Made by a program: the position numbers and the translations under genes. A DNA stretch of 36,643 nucleotides, taken from contig DZBC01000001.1 of assembly GCA_022729835.1 (NCBI GenBank), forward strand, positions 1-36,643, read 5' to 3'. Under the pieces are notes generated by a model, which saw only the letters and a program-made list of their open reading frames with translations, had not been told where the DNA came from and ran no database searches. Position 1 is the first letter of the stretch, and each line of letters starts with the position of its first letter. This DNA comes from Sulfuricurvum sp. (lineage in GTDB: Bacteria; Campylobacterota; Campylobacteria; Campylobacterales; Sulfurimonadaceae). Positions 20,147 through 28,865 of this stretch are shown here, in pieces.

Positions 20147-21451
20147 ATGAAACTAGTTAAAATGAGCCTTGCGGCAGCAATGTTGATGGGTGTAAATGCG
20201 TTTGCGCTCGAGAATGTGAAAATCAGCGGAAACGCTAATCTGTTCTATTCAACAACAGATGTCAGCGGTCTAACCAGCAATGCTATCGTCGGTGAAGAAG
20301 ACGGTACCCTGTTTGATAAAGATTCCTCTGCTGCGGATGCCAATTTGAATCTTGCCGTCAGCGCGGATCTGCTGAAACACGATCTTGTTTCTGTAAGTGC
20401 AGGCGCTGGGTATACAGCGGTTTCGACACTTGGTCTGGAAAACAACTTCGTAAGTAACGTATGGGCCGGTTCACACAAGGCGGTCGCAACTACTGGTGCA
20501 ACTTATGGCGAAGCACTCGGCGGCGCAAAAGTAGAAAACGCAAGCTGGTTTACTGAAGCGTGGGTTGCAGCAACATCTGGCAAGTCAACATTGAAGCTTG
20601 GTCGTATGGAACTTGATACGCCCCTCGCATTTAGCGAAACGTGGACTGCAGAAAAGAATACTTTTGAAGGTGCGGTGGTACTTAACCAAGATATCCCTGC
20701 TACAACCATCGTTCTTGCATTCATCGGTAATGGTAACGGTACGGAGGCTTTTGGACAAGGACTTCACAGCAATGTTCAAGAGTTGGGCCTTGCAGTAGGA
20801 CCTGTGGTTAATGCAGAAGGCAAATTCGCAACTTACGGCACGGATGGTGCTTATGCCGCTGCGGTTGTTAATAACTCGTTTGAGCCACTTACAGTTCAAA
20901 CATGGTACTACGATGTCTCACGCCTTGCTCAAGCGTTTTGGGTCCAAGCTGATCTCTCCATGGAAGGGATTATGGCAGGCGCTCAATTCACTTCTGTGAC
21001 TCTGGACGCTGATGATGCTGATTCAGACACTGCGTTTGCAGTCATGGCAGGTTATGAGATGAAAGATCTGCTTAAAGCAAAAGTAGCCTACTCTTCCACA
21101 AACGAAGATGGTTCTTTGGGGGCTGCTGGCTTCAATACGGCAACTGCTTCTGGTGCTAGCAAACTTTACACTGAAGCATGGTGGAACTACGGTTACGTCA
21201 TTCGCACAGAAACTTCAGCAATCAACGTAACTGTTGAAGGTTCTGTAGCTGATGTTGTAGATTTGGCAGCGTACTACACAGCTACTATGTCTGACATCGA
21301 TGCCAACGAAATGAACGAAATCACTGTAGTGGCTAGTAAGACTTTTGGACCTTTGGATGCATCACTCGCTTATATCATGATTGATGCTGAAGATCAGAAT
21401 GACGCCGATGCTTACAGCATTGTTCAAGCATACCTGACTTACAACTTCTAA
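20147..21451 (+). CDS. major outer membrane porin, Campylobacter MOMP (PorA)-like
   Basis: 434 aa. The signal peptide MKLVKMSLAAAMLMGVNAFA closely resembles C. jejuni PorA. Alternating beta-strand patterns run throughout, and the C-terminus LTYNF ends in an aromatic residue. Confidence 0.8.
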   Translation: MKLVKMSLAAAMLMGVNAFALENVKISGNANLFYSTTDVSGLTSNAIVGEEDGTLFDKDSSAADANLNLAVSADLLKHDLVSVSAGAGYTAVSTLGLENNFVSNVWAGSHKAVATTGATYGEALGGAKVENASWFTEAWVAATSGKSTLKLGRMELDTPLAFSETWTAEKNTFEGAVVLNQDIPATTIVLAFIGNGNGTEAFGQGLHSNVQELGLAVGPVVNAEGKFATYGTDGAYAAAVVNNSFEPLTVQTWYYDVSRLAQAFWVQADLSMEGIMAGAQFTSVTLDADDADSDTAFAVMAGYEMKDLLKAKVAYSSTNEDGSLGAAGFNTATASGASKLYTEAWWNYGYVIRTETSAINVTVEGSVADVVDLAAYYTATMSDIDANEMNEITVVASKTFGPLDASLAYIMIDAEDQNDADAYSIVQAYLTYNF

Positions 21452-21456
21452 AGCTT

Positions 21457-21487
21457 TTCATTGCGCATTTTTGCGCAATGAATTTTC
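21457..21487 (+). terminator. rho-independent terminator of the porin gene
   Basis: A perfect 11-bp stem TTCATTGCGCA / TGCGCAATGAA has a TTTT loop and is followed by TTTTCT. It starts 6 nt after the stop. Confidence 0.75.
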
Positions 21488-21567
21488 TGCTCTCTCCTTC
21501 TTCACCTTTGTATCAATTGCCAAATAACACTGCTTCTCGGTAAATCGCCACGACAGCTTCTAGTGCC

Positions 21568-21577
21568 TTACATGTAA
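21568..21577. repeat. perfect TTACATGTAA palindrome (12-mer CTTACATGTAAG, 21567-21578), intergenic
   Basis: Read directly. It lies between the porin terminator and the permease promoter. Confidence 0.95.
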
Positions 21578-21613
21578 GCACCTATTTGGTTCCCGATTTT
21601 GTAGCCCTTGCGC

Positions 21614-21619
21614 TATAAT
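21614..21619 (+). promoter_or_regulatory. candidate -10 box TATAAT for the permease gene
   Basis: A perfect TATAAT lies 20 nt before the ATG at 21640, with SD AAGGGAG between them. Confidence 0.4.
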
Positions 21620-21639
21620 CTCCCTAAAAAAGGGAGTTT

Positions 21640-22608
21640 ATGTCTTCACTCCTCCTTCGTAAAATGCTCTACCTTTTGGGTATGACGTTGCTCATCTCTT
21701 TTATCTCCTTTATAGCGATCAACGCGGCGCCCAACTCTTTTTTATCCGCCGGCGAACTCAATCCGAACATGACACCCGAATCAATTGAACGGCTGAGGCA
21801 CGTTTATGGATTGGACAAACCGATGCTGGAGCAGTATCTAGGATGGCTTTGGAGCCTGTTGCAGCTTGATTTTGGGGTCTCTTTTGTGAGTGGGCAGAGC
21901 GTTATTGATGAGATCAGTAAGCGTCTGCCGGTCACCTTGAGTATGAACTTTGTTGCGCTGATGGCGGTTTTTGTACTTTCGATCTGGATGGGGATCAAAG
22001 CGGCACTCGCGTTTGAGCGGCGCAGCGATTATATCATTCGCCACCTATCGCTGGTGTCGTTTGCGATGCCCTCATTTTATCTTGCGCTACTGGCGGTTAT
22101 GCTTTTTAGCGTATGGTTGGGTTGGTTGCCGATTGCCGGATTACACTCGGTTGAAGCTAAAAGTGGTGTGGCGTATTATCTTGATATGGCACACCATCTC
22201 ATTTTGCCCGTTGGCGTGATGATTTTTGTGTCGATTGGCAGTATGACGCTTTATATCCGCTCGTTGACGCTTGAGATCCTCAAGAGCGACTATCTCTTTT
22301 TTGCCCGGGCGCGTGGCTTGTCTGAGCGGGTGATTTTACGCCGCTATATTTTGCCCAATCTGTTACCGCCGGTGATTACGCTGTTGGGGCTTTCTTTGCC
22401 TGGGCTTATCGGCGGAAGTGTTATTTTGGAAGCAATTTTCGGTATCGAAGGGATGGGGCAGCTCTTTTATTTGAGTGCCCTTAGCCGCGATTATCCGGTG
22501 ATTATGGGGATTTTGACGGTTGGGGCGTTGTTGACGCTACTTGGCAACATGAGTGCAGACCTGTTGCTGTTGCGCCTCAACCCTTTTATGAAGAGGAGTG
22601 TTAGTTAA
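21640..22608 (+). CDS. ABC transporter permease, OppB/DppB (binding-protein-dependent, peptide/nickel) family
   Basis: 322 aa with about 6 hydrophobic helices. The N-terminus has the LRKMLYLLGMTLLISFISF...NYLGWLW pattern. The EAA-like loop FARARGLSERVILRRYILPN is typical of OppB/DppB. Confidence 0.85.
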   Translation: MSSLLLRKMLYLLGMTLLISFISFIAINAAPNSFLSAGELNPNMTPESIERLRHVYGLDKPMLEQYLGWLWSLLQLDFGVSFVSGQSVIDEISKRLPVTLSMNFVALMAVFVLSIWMGIKAALAFERRSDYIIRHLSLVSFAMPSFYLALLAVMLFSVWLGWLPIAGLHSVEAKSGVAYYLDMAHHLILPVGVMIFVSIGSMTLYIRSLTLEILKSDYLFFARARGLSERVILRRYILPNLLPPVITLLGLSLPGLIGGSVILEAIFGIEGMGQLFYLSALSRDYPVIMGILTVGALLTLLGNMSADLLLLRLNPFMKRSVS

Positions 22609-23719
22609 AGAGCGCTTGGAGTGAAGAGATATCCTCTTTCTTCTCCTCTTTGGCGCTGGATCCATCTTGCTCGATCAGCTCGATGTCGAATCCAGTGATC
22701 ATAGAGGCGAGACGAATATTGATACCACTTTTGCCAATGGCTTTGGATTTTTGATCGCTAGGCAGGGTGACGATTGCTTTGCGTGTCGCTTCGTTTTCGC
22801 CGTTTTCGATACGTACGGTTGAAATGATGGCCGGTGACATCGCGCGGGCGATGAAGAGCTCAGGGACGGTGGTGTATTCGATACAGTCGATGCTTTCGCC
22901 GCAGAGTTCTTCGCTCACCGCGTTAATACGCACGCCTTTGACCCCCACTGTCGCACCGATGGGGTCGATTTTGGGATGGGTGGTGTAGAGGGCGATTTTG
23001 GCGCGCTCTCCTGGAATGCGTGCGGAGCGTTCGATGATGACCGCACCGTCTTTAATTTCGGGAACCTCTAAGGCGAGTAGCTCATCGAGAAATTTTGGTG
23101 AGGTACGTGAAAGCTCAATTTGTATGCCGGTTTGCTTGTCGATATGAACGCGGCGTACTACAGCCTGAACGATCTCACCGACTTTGAATTTTTCCCCTTT
23201 GATACGGCTTTTCATAGGCAATATGGCGCGCACTTCGTCTACTTCAATATAGGTGTTTTGCTCATGATCGACTCGGGTGACGCGGCCTGAGGCGATGGTG
23301 CCGATTTTGTTTTTGTACTTGCTATAGAGGTCATCTTCGACAAGGCGCTGGATGTGAAATTCGATCTCACGATGGAGTGTCATCGCAGCTGTGCGACCGT
23401 GGGTCTCTAGGTCGTGCTCAATCTGGAACTGATCGCCGATTTCGATCTCGTCATCGTTCTCTTGCGCTTCGCTCAGTGCCATGTAGGCTTCAGCGTGTTC
23501 GCTGTTGAGCTCAGGCGCGTCATCGGCGACTACTGTGATCATCTGATACAGTTTGACCGATTTTTTCTTCATGTCGATTTCGGCTTCGAAGTCGAAATGC
23601 TCATTGATAACACGCTTGGCGGTTTGAATAAAAGCCGTTTTGATGCCCCCTTGTACCTTTTCGGTTTCAAGGCCTTTTTCGTGGGCGATGGAGTCAATGA
23701 TATCCAAAATATTTTCCAT
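22601..23719 (-). CDS. nusA: transcription termination/antitermination factor NusA
   Basis: 372 aa with N-terminal, S1 (GTIASGRVTRVD) and two KH domains (GERAKIALY...DPIGATVGVKGVRI; AIGKSGINIRLAS). There is no C-terminal AR repeat extension. Confidence 0.93.
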   Translation of the reverse strand: MENILDIIDSIAHEKGLETEKVQGGIKTAFIQTAKRVINEHFDFEAEIDMKKKSVKLYQMITVVADDAPELNSEHAEAYMALSEAQENDDEIEIGDQFQIEHDLETHGRTAAMTLHREIEFHIQRLVEDDLYSKYKNKIGTIASGRVTRVDHEQNTYIEVDEVRAILPMKSRIKGEKFKVGEIVQAVVRRVHIDKQTGIQIELSRTSPKFLDELLALEVPEIKDGAVIIERSARIPGERAKIALYTTHPKIDPIGATVGVKGVRINAVSEELCGESIDCIEYTTVPELFIARAMSPAIISTVRIENGENEATRKAIVTLPSDQKSKAIGKSGINIRLASMITGFDIELIEQDGSSAKEEKKEDISSLQALFN

Positions 23720-23793
23720 TATTATCCCTTCTGGTTAATGCGTCGTTTTCATAAAAAATGGCTGTAGTGGGGAGTCAATTTATGAAGGGGAAT

Positions 23794-23822
23794 ATTATAG
23801 CATACCAGATGCTACATGTAAA
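23794..23822 (-). promoter_or_regulatory. candidate nusA promoter: TTTACA-N17-TATAAT with TGc extended -10 (minus strand)
   Basis: On the minus strand, TGCTATAAT is at 23802-23794 and TTTACA at 23822-23817, with a spacer of exactly 17 nt. The -35-like hexamer is supplied by the palindrome copy at 23813-23821. Confidence 0.45.
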
Positions 23823-23861
23823 CTTTTAGAGCGGATTAACGCGCCCTTGGCTATAATGCAA

Positions 23862-23867
23862 CCCATT
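23862..23867 (+). promoter_or_regulatory. candidate -10 box TATAAT for the small-gene/miaB operon
   Basis: A perfect TATAAT lies 25 nt before the ATG at 23893, with SD GAGGAG at 23881-23886. Confidence 0.45.
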
Positions 23868-23892
23868 TTCAGACATTTCAGAGGAGCACATC

Positions 23893-24135
23893 ATGGAGCT
23901 AAAACTCGCCCGAAGCGAGCCAAGCGGCAAGCCAAAAAAGACCGATATCGAAAAGATTGACGAGCAATTAAACAAGCACGATACCACCATCATCTATTTT
24001 GATCGGGAAAATTCGCATAAGGATCTGCTGGAGCTTCAAGACCATTATGAGTCCAAAGGCCGAAGTTTCTATATGCGTGAAGTGCGCTACGGATTGGCCG
24101 ATACCGAGTACATGTATGAGGTTCATATCCTCTAA
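23893..24135 (+). CDS. small conserved protein, probable homologue of H. pylori HP0268 (80-aa nicking endonuclease/RNase)
   Basis: 80 aa with a strong SD. Its stop overlaps the miaB ATG (TAATG). Its size and its position directly upstream of miaB match HP0268/HP0269 as I recall them. The sequence match has not been verified. Confidence 0.5.
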   Translation: MELKLARSEPSGKPKKTDIEKIDEQLNKHDTTIIYFDRENSHKDLLELQDHYESKGRSFYMREVRYGLADTEYMYEVHIL

Positions 24136-25436
24136 TGTGCAAAAAGCTCTTTATCGAGACTTTGGGTTGTGCAATGAACGTGCGCGATTCTGAGCATATG
24201 ATCGCCGAACTGGGTGAACGCGAAGATTATGAGCTCACACAAGACGCGGCTGAGGCCGATCTGATCATCATAAACACTTGCTCCGTGCGTGAAAAGCCTG
24301 TACACAAACTCTTTTCGGAGTTGGGTGCTTTCAACAAGGCCAAAAAGAGCGGTGCAAAAATCGGCGTAGCGGGTTGTAGCGCCTCGCATCTTGGCCGTGA
24401 GATTATCACCCGCGCCCCTTTTGTCAATTTTGTGCTGGGAGCGCGTAATGTTTCGAAGATCACCGAGGTGATCCACCGCGATAAGGCAGTGGAGACGCAG
24501 ATCGACTATGACGAATCGCAATACGCCTTCAAAGATTTTCGCTCCAGCCCTTACAAATCTTTTATCAATATCTCAATAGGATGCGACAAGCAGTGTACCT
24601 TCTGCATTGTGCCACACACGCGGGGTGAAGAGGTCTCGATCCCTGCCGAACTGGTGGTCGCAGAGGCGCGCAAAAGTGTAGCGCGTGGAGCAAAAGAGGT
24701 TTTTTTGCTGGGGCAAAACGTCAACAATTACGGTCGCCGTTTCTCGGGGCTGCACGAGAAGATCAACTTCACGGGTCTGTTGCGCTTAGTCAGTGAGATT
24801 GAGGGGCTTGAGCGCATCCGCTTCACCTCCCCGCATCCTTTGCACATGGATGATGCCTTTTTGGAGGAGTTTGCACGCAACCCAAAAATTTGCAAGTCTA
24901 TGCACATGCCCTTGCAGTCAGGCTCGACTGAGCTATTGCGGCGTATGAAGCGGGGATATTCCAAGGAGTGGTTTTTGGACCGCGCCAAAAAACTGCGGAC
25001 TTTGATCCCTGATGTTTCTATTAGTACCGATATTATTGTTGGATTTCCCGGGGAGGGCGAGCGTGATTTTCTTGACACGCTCGAGGTGGTCAGCGCGGTG
25101 GAGTTTGATCAGCTCTTTAGCTTCAAATATTCGCCACGACCACATACGGAAGCAAGCCATTACACGGATATAGTAGATGAAGAGCTCGCCTCAAGACGCC
25201 TGTCGCATCTGCAAGATTTTCACAATGCGATTTTGGATCGACGCGCTGCGCGGATGTTGGGGAAAGAGGTGGTGGTCTATTTTGAAGAGGCCAAAGAGAA
25301 CGGCTTCGTTTCGGGGCGCAGCGATAACAACTTACTGGTGCGTGTCAAAGGTGATGCGTCGCTGCTAGGTACGTTACGCCGCGCTGAAATCGTACACACG
25401 TCACGGCTCTCTTATGAAGGTAGGCTACTCGGATGA
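24135..25436 (+). CDS. miaB: tRNA-2-methylthio-N6-dimethylallyladenosine synthase
   Basis: 433 aa. It has the UPF0004 N-domain ([16 protein letters not shown]), the radical-SAM CxxxCxxC motif ([16 protein letters not shown]) and a C-terminal TRAM domain. Confidence 0.92.
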   Translation: MCKKLFIETLGCAMNVRDSEHMIAELGEREDYELTQDAAEADLIIINTCSVREKPVHKLFSELGAFNKAKKSGAKIGVAGCSASHLGREIITRAPFVNFVLGARNVSKITEVIHRDKAVETQIDYDESQYAFKDFRSSPYKSFINISIGCDKQCTFCIVPHTRGEEVSIPAELVVAEARKSVARGAKEVFLLGQNVNNYGRRFSGLHEKINFTGLLRLVSEIEGLERIRFTSPHPLHMDDAFLEEFARNPKICKSMHMPLQSGSTELLRRMKRGYSKEWFLDRAKKLRTLIPDVSISTDIIVGFPGEGERDFLDTLEVVSAVEFDQLFSFKYSPRPHTEASHYTDIVDEELASRRLSHLQDFHNAILDRRAARMLGKEVVVYFEEAKENGFVSGRSDNNLLVRVKGDASLLGTLRRAEIVHTSRLSYEGRLLG

Positions 25437-26065
25437 AAAAGCGCAAAAAGCGGCTAATCCGCTCTTTGGCGCTTTGGGCTTTGCCTCCCATCGGTGCTGT
25501 GTTGATTCGTATGATTTACCTTACATGTAAGAAAAAATTTCATGTCGAAGCGCCTATCGGTGAGCGGCCTGTGATCTTTGCCTTTTGGCATGGGGATTTG
25601 TTGATGCAGCCTTACATGTACGCCCATCTTCGCTCCTCTCCCAAAGCCAATGTCATTATCAGCGACCATTTCGACGGTATGATCATTGCCAAAATCATGC
25701 ACTATTTTGCGCTCGGAACGATTCACGGCTCATCCAATCGAAGTGCCGCAAGGGTGCTCTTTCAGGCGATTCGTACGCTCAAAGAAGGGTATGACATCGG
25801 CATCACACCTGATGGTCCCAAAGGGCCAAGACACGAAGTGGCTGATGGTGTGGTCGTGATGGCACAAAAGGCGCAGGTGGGCGTGGTGATTTACAGTTGT
25901 GTTCCATCGCATTATTGGCAGCTCACCAGTTGGGATCGATTTACAATTCCCAAACCTTTTAGTCGGCTTGATTTTTATGCTTCGGCACCTCTGCGGCTTG
26001 AAGGTATGGCGCTGGATGCGGCAAAGGCACGGATCAAAGAGGAGCTGATGCGTCATGCGTTTTAA
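25433..26065 (+). CDS. DUF374 / lysophospholipid acyltransferase-like family protein
   Basis: 210 aa. ATGA overlaps miaB. It has [21 protein letters not shown]...[15 protein letters not shown] and [11 protein letters not shown], the DUF374 signature blocks. Confidence 0.75.
   Translation: MKKRKKRLIRSLALWALPPIGAVLIRMIYLTCKKKFHVEAPIGERPVIFAFWHGDLLMQPYMYAHLRSSPKANVIISDHFDGMIIAKIMHYFALGTIHGSSNRSAARVLFQAIRTLKEGYDIGITPDGPKGPRHEVADGVVVMAQKAQVGVVIYSCVPSHYWQLTSWDRFTIPKPFSRLDFYASAPLRLEGMALDAAKARIKEELMRHAF
25521..25530. repeat. perfect TTACATGTAA palindrome (12-mer CTTACATGTAAG, 25520-25531)
   Basis: Read directly. It lies inside the DUF374 gene and is read as L-T-C-K. Confidence 0.95.
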
Positions 26066-26510
26066 CGGTTGGGTTTTGATTGCAGGGGTTGTGGCGCTTA
26101 GTCTGGGCTACTTTCTGTTTAACCCTTCTTATGAACGATCACTCGAAGCGAAGTTTTACTATACCATTGGTTCATACGCGGAGGCGGAGCGGCTTGCCAA
26201 AGAGGCGTTTGTGCTCAACTCCTACAACCGAATGGCTTCTACCGTGATGGTGCAGTCGCAGACGGCGTTGCGTTTTGTAGCCTACATTGAAGAGTCGAAG
26301 CATTACCTTGAAGAGATCTCCAAAATGGCCGCTTCGTCGCCAATCGGTGATGCACAACGTGCCAAAGTAAGAATGATCTGCGAGATTATGATGGCTCAAT
26401 TTGAAAAGATTTCGGCAACCGTCGTGACAGATCGCTCTTTAGTGGAAGAGGCGTCGTCGTATCATGACAAATTTAGGGTCTTGTATGCCAAAGTCGCTCC
26501 AAAATCATAA
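26055..26510 (+). CDS. membrane-anchored hypothetical protein
   Basis: 151 aa; overlaps the upstream gene by 11 nt. It has one N-terminal TM helix (WVLIAGVVALSLGYFLF) and a helical, TPR-like remainder. Confidence 0.5.
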   Translation: MRFNGWVLIAGVVALSLGYFLFNPSYERSLEAKFYYTIGSYAEAERLAKEAFVLNSYNRMASTVMVQSQTALRFVAYIEESKHYLEEISKMAASSPIGDAQRAKVRMICEIMMAQFEKISATVVTDRSLVEEASSYHDKFRVLYAKVAPKS

Positions 26511-27339
26511 ACGCTCCTTTTTAGAATATTTAGGCGACCTGCGTGGCTACAGTGACGCGACGCTCAAAACCTATGATGAGGCCCTGACGCAGATGCTTAT
26601 ATACGCCGATATCGCGCAGGGTGATGGGGTTTATGAGATTAATCTTATGCGCTTGCGGCTACATATTGCCGCACTCAAGGCCAAAACCATTGCCAAAAAA
26701 CTGAGCGCGATCCGTAGTTTTGTACGTTATCTTAGAGATCGGGGCTTGTCGGTGTTGCTGCGTGGTGATGAACGCATCAAAGTGCCCAAAACACTGCCCA
26801 AGCCCGTATCGCATGGGCACATCATGGAGGCGGTCAAACAGGCGCCTATTCAGCCTCGTCTGGCTGTTTTGATGCTGTACGCGCTTGGGTTGCGGATTAG
26901 CGAGCTGTCGTCGCTACGGCTGGAGAACCTCTCTGAATCATGGGTGCGCGTTTCGGGTAAGGGGAACAAAGAGCGTGAGGTGCCACTGCTTGCTTCTTTG
27001 CACGATTTGATTGTGCTCTATCGAGAGCAGTATGCCCCCAAACGGTTTCTGTTTGAAGCAAGCGGCAATAGATTAAGCGAAAATAGTTTAAGATATTTGG
27101 TTATGAAGCTTTTTAAAGACTCAGGGCTGAAGGTGACGCCGCACCAGTTGCGCCACGCCTTTGCGACAGAGTTGCTTGCGCACCATGCACGTATCGGGGA
27201 TGTGAGCGCACTGCTTGGCCACGCTTCGATGGCAACGACGCAAATCTATACCAAGCTAGGTTCCGTACTCAAGATGGAAAATTATCTCAAAGCGCATCCG
27301 CTCTGCAAGGATAGTAGTGAAACTTCAGCGTCTCATTGA
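26485..27339 (+). CDS. tyrosine site-specific recombinase, XerC/XerD family (XerH-like)
   Basis: The start is ambiguous (ATG 26464 or 26485); I prefer MPKSLQNHKRSFLEYL. The catalytic residues are recognisable: GLRISEL (Arg), HQLRHAFAT (H-x-x-R) and LLGHASMATTQIYT (His...Tyr). Confidence 0.85.
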   Translation: MPKSLQNHKRSFLEYLGDLRGYSDATLKTYDEALTQMLIYADIAQGDGVYEINLMRLRLHIAALKAKTIAKKLSAIRSFVRYLRDRGLSVLLRGDERIKVPKTLPKPVSHGHIMEAVKQAPIQPRLAVLMLYALGLRISELSSLRLENLSESWVRVSGKGNKEREVPLLASLHDLIVLYREQYAPKRFLFEASGNRLSENSLRYLVMKLFKDSGLKVTPHQLRHAFATELLAHHARIGDVSALLGHASMATTQIYTKLGSVLKMENYLKAHPLCKDSSETSASH

Positions 27340-28363
27340 CCACCTCTACGACACCATCTATATCGCGATTGTCGATCAGGGGCGCTACAAAGAGGTAGCG
27401 CTACAGATCGGGCGCAAGAGTGATCCTGCCCGTGTGGAAGTGCATCGCCTTCACACTCAAGGGGAGTTAGACGCTCTGATTGAAGAGGCGATTGGTGACT
27501 CTCCCTACTTTTATATTGCTCTACTAAATACTGTACCTGATCAAGGGGGATTGCCCGCGTGCGACAAGACGATGCGGAAGATGGCTGATCTGACACTCAG
27601 TGTGACGCTCTGCATGGAAGGGCGCTGGCTGCTACACTGTTCCAAAGGAGAGCTTGACCTTCTCCGTGAGCAACACCGTGTATACGGGCTTGATTTTGTG
27701 TTTTCTCCGTTTTCGGTACTGTCGCGTTTTTTTGCCGATAAGATCGGGAGTGTGTGGGCATTGTATGTGCTGGTGCAAGAGGGGAGTATCGCTCTGGCAG
27801 TCTTTTCGTCTGATCGGCTTGAGTATGCCCACTTTGCCACCACCGATGAAAGTGACATCGCCTTGATGGAGGCGAGTGCTTCGAGTCAGTTCGAATTCGA
27901 TGCTCACGGCGGCGCACAAGAGAAGCATGCGGAGGTGGAAGAGGATGAGTTTGATCTGATTGAAGAGATTAACACCCTTGAAGGTTTTGATGGATTTGAT
28001 GACATCGAAGAGCTCGATGATCTTGATAGTATCGAGAGTTTTGGTGATTTTGAGCAGCTGGAAGAGGCAAAGCCGACTATGCTAGCGCAAGATAGCAAAG
28101 AGCTACACCATCAAGAAGAGGGATTTAATCTCGATTATCATCGTTTTACTCTGGTGCAAAAAGCACTTTCGGAGTATTACCGCGATGCGCACTATCGGCA
28201 GGAGTTTGTCGAAGCGATCTTTGTTGCCGATGCGGTAGGGCTGAGCGGCGATTTTAAGCTTTATATCGAGGAAGAGCTCTTTATGACACCGATTATCCGG
28301 CGTATTGAGCTGGCCAAAGAGCTGTTGTCGCTGTGCAAAGAGGAAACGACCCATGCGGCATAG
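27317..28363 (+). CDS. PilM/FtsA-like (degenerate actin-fold) protein with an internal acidic linker
   Basis: 348 aa. The GTG start overlaps xer by 23 nt. The N-terminal IYIAIVDQGRYKEVAL and C-terminal AIFVADAVGLSGDFKLYIEEELFMTP resemble the first and last strand-loop motifs of PilM/FtsA with glycines lost. The acidic block spans residues 205-250. Confidence 0.45.
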   Translation: MKLQRLIDHLYDTIYIAIVDQGRYKEVALQIGRKSDPARVEVHRLHTQGELDALIEEAIGDSPYFYIALLNTVPDQGGLPACDKTMRKMADLTLSVTLCMEGRWLLHCSKGELDLLREQHRVYGLDFVFSPFSVLSRFFADKIGSVWALYVLVQEGSIALAVFSSDRLEYAHFATTDESDIALMEASASSQFEFDAHGGAQEKHAEVEEDEFDLIEEINTLEGFDGFDDIEELDDLDSIESFGDFEQLEEAKPTMLAQDSKELHHQEEGFNLDYHRFTLVQKALSEYYRDAHYRQEFVEAIFVADAVGLSGDFKLYIEEELFMTPIIRRIELAKELLSLCKEETTHAA

Positions 28364-28865
28364 TTTCATTGCGCCAAGGCCTAAGCGTTTTTTGGCGCCG
28401 GAATTTCGGTTGGTTCTCTTCTTTTTTGCTACGACGCTGGTGATGTTGGGGGGGACTTACGCTTTTTTGGCGTATCAAAGCTGGAGCTACATGCAGCAGC
28501 GTCAAGCCAGTAGCGCACATATCGTGTCGATGCGTGCCGAGATTGTTGAGTTTGAGAAGGGCATCGCCTTTGTCGAGCGTGAGCGGCAGTTGGGCGAGGA
28601 GATATTCACCGCCAATACCGTCCTCAAGGAGAGCATTAAAAACCTATTCGATCTCGTCCCTGAACGCATTACGCTCACGAAGGCGGAATTGGACAAAAAT
28701 GCGTTGATTCTTTATGGGGTCACACCCACGAAAGACATCTACGAATTCATGCTGCATGCGCCTTTGCGCTCCATCTTTCACCGCAGTTACAGCAGTTTTT
28801 ATCCACTGGAAAATGGGTGGTTGCGTTTTGTTTCGACCAACTACCTTGACGAGGAGGAGCTGTGA
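28353..28865 (+). CDS. PilN-like bitopic membrane protein
   Basis: The track ORF starts at 28305. I prefer ATG 28353 (SD AGAGGA), which overlaps the upstream stop by 11 nt. The layout is a short basic N-terminus, a TM helix (LVLFFFATTLVMLGGTYAFLAY), a coiled coil, then an alpha/beta domain (ITLTKAELDKNALILYGVTP), which is the PilN architecture. Confidence 0.5.
   Translation: MRHSFIAPRPKRFLAPEFRLVLFFFATTLVMLGGTYAFLAYQSWSYMQQRQASSAHIVSMRAEIVEFEKGIAFVERERQLGEEIFTANTVLKESIKNLFDLVPERITLTKAELDKNALILYGVTPTKDIYEFMLHAPLRSIFHRSYSSFYPLENGWLRFVSTNYLDEEEL

Noticed and set aside
21640-22608. Lone OppB/DppB-type permease without adjacent partner permease, ATPase or binding-protein genes
   Set aside because: Split opp/dpp loci are, as far as I recall, already seen in Helicobacter genomes, and the partners may simply lie elsewhere. 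This is worth a genome-wide check but is not evidence of novelty by itself.
26485-27339. Tyrosine recombinase as a marker of an integrated mobile element or island
   Set aside because: I see no flanking direct repeats, tRNA gene, phage genes or plasmid genes. The gene is overlap-coupled to housekeeping genes on both sides. The single XerH-type dimer-resolution recombinase of Campylobacterota is the simpler explanation.
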